From: an uncultured Flavobacteriales bacterium
GTDB taxonomy: Bacteria > Bacteroidota > Bacteroidia > Flavobacteriales_D > Sanyastnellaceae
NCBI GenBank assembly: GCA_938082505.1
Contig: CALLLH010000024.1
Span: 13,983-77,982 of the forward strand
Reading direction: 5' to 3'
DNA length: 64,000 bases
Notes under the pieces: generated by a model
Told to the model about the DNA's origin: nothing
Databases searched by the model: none
Seen by the model: the letters and a program-made list of their open reading frames with translations, nothing else
Program-made: the position numbers and the translations under genes
Shown here: positions 63,823-64,000 of the stretch, piece by piece
How the letters are laid out: the number at the start of each line of letters is the position of its first letter
Numbering within the stretch: the stretch's first letter is position 1

Positions 63823-64000
63823 CTATTTCCCGATGCAGAAGTTGCTGAAGATGTGGCCGAGCAGGTCATCCGGCGTGACAGCCCCTGTGATGCGTCCGAG
63901 CTGTTCCAGCGCTTCCCGGTGATCCACCGCGAGCAGGTCACCGCTCAGGCCGGCCTCGAGCCCGTCAAGGGCCCGCTGCAGGGCTTCCCGTGTCCGTTGC
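63823..64000 (-). CDS. mnmE: tRNA modification GTPase MnmE, C-terminal 58 aa only (5' end beyond window)
   Basis: My translation is ...[60 protein letters not shown] is the hallmark MnmE C-terminus. Confidence 0.85.
   Translation of the reverse strand, partial: QRTREALQRALDGLEAGLSGDLLAVDHREALEQLGRITGAVTPDDLLGHIFSNFCIGK

Noticed and set aside
1-64000. Search for mobile elements, prophage, integrases, toxin-antitoxin pairs, restriction-modification or other defence genes
   Set aside because: No ORF shows transposase DDE, integrase R-H-R-Y, terminase, portal, methyltransferase or typical TA motifs by eye. RadC (17721..18380) is sometimes phage- or island-associated, but here it sits in the common rpsT-radC-wecB housekeeping context.

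Overview
This is a 64-kb, gene-dense segment that looks GC-rich (about 60 % by eye, not computed) and appears to come from a Bacteroidota chromosome. Supporting signs are TAnnTTTG -7 promoter boxes, four secreted proteins ending in T9SS (Por) C-terminal sorting domains, two CarboxypepD_reg-type TonB-dependent receptors, and BatA, GH3, DUF3078, DUF3127, DUF3467 and RadC genes. The order cannot be resolved from this window. I call 63 protein-coding genes (two cut by the window edges), one in-frame hexanucleotide repeat, one intragenic Cys-motif repeat array, five hairpin terminators and four weak promoter boxes. I saw no rRNA, tRNA, CRISPR array, transposase, integrase or phage gene. Positions 1-13.6 kb form a secretome-rich block: an LTD protein / TonB receptor / OB-fold protein operon, a patatin, a sensor-less histidine kinase, a di-haem peroxidase, a 1088-aa zincin with a repeated Cys motif, and a CotH-LTD protein. 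The rest is mostly housekeeping in long, translationally coupled operons (rluF, rpsT, radC-wecB, pyrC-like, murQ, aroE, glmM, purE, nupC, etfAB, pdhB, hppA, fabD, mnmE). I found no clear-cut defence, mobile or biosynthetic island. The best candidates for something undescribed are: (i) the SusD-less LTD/TBDR/OB-fold operon; (ii) the TPR-ComA-rhodanese-DUF368 operon; (iii) a 58-aa Cys-rich ORF, absent from the ORF track, in front of an M16 peptidase; (iv) a MnmD-NUDIX fusion; and (v) the CxDxxACN motif array. All functional calls rest on motif recognition by eye, because no database search was possible. Nearly every gene carries a long opposite-strand shadow ORF, and I rejected these.
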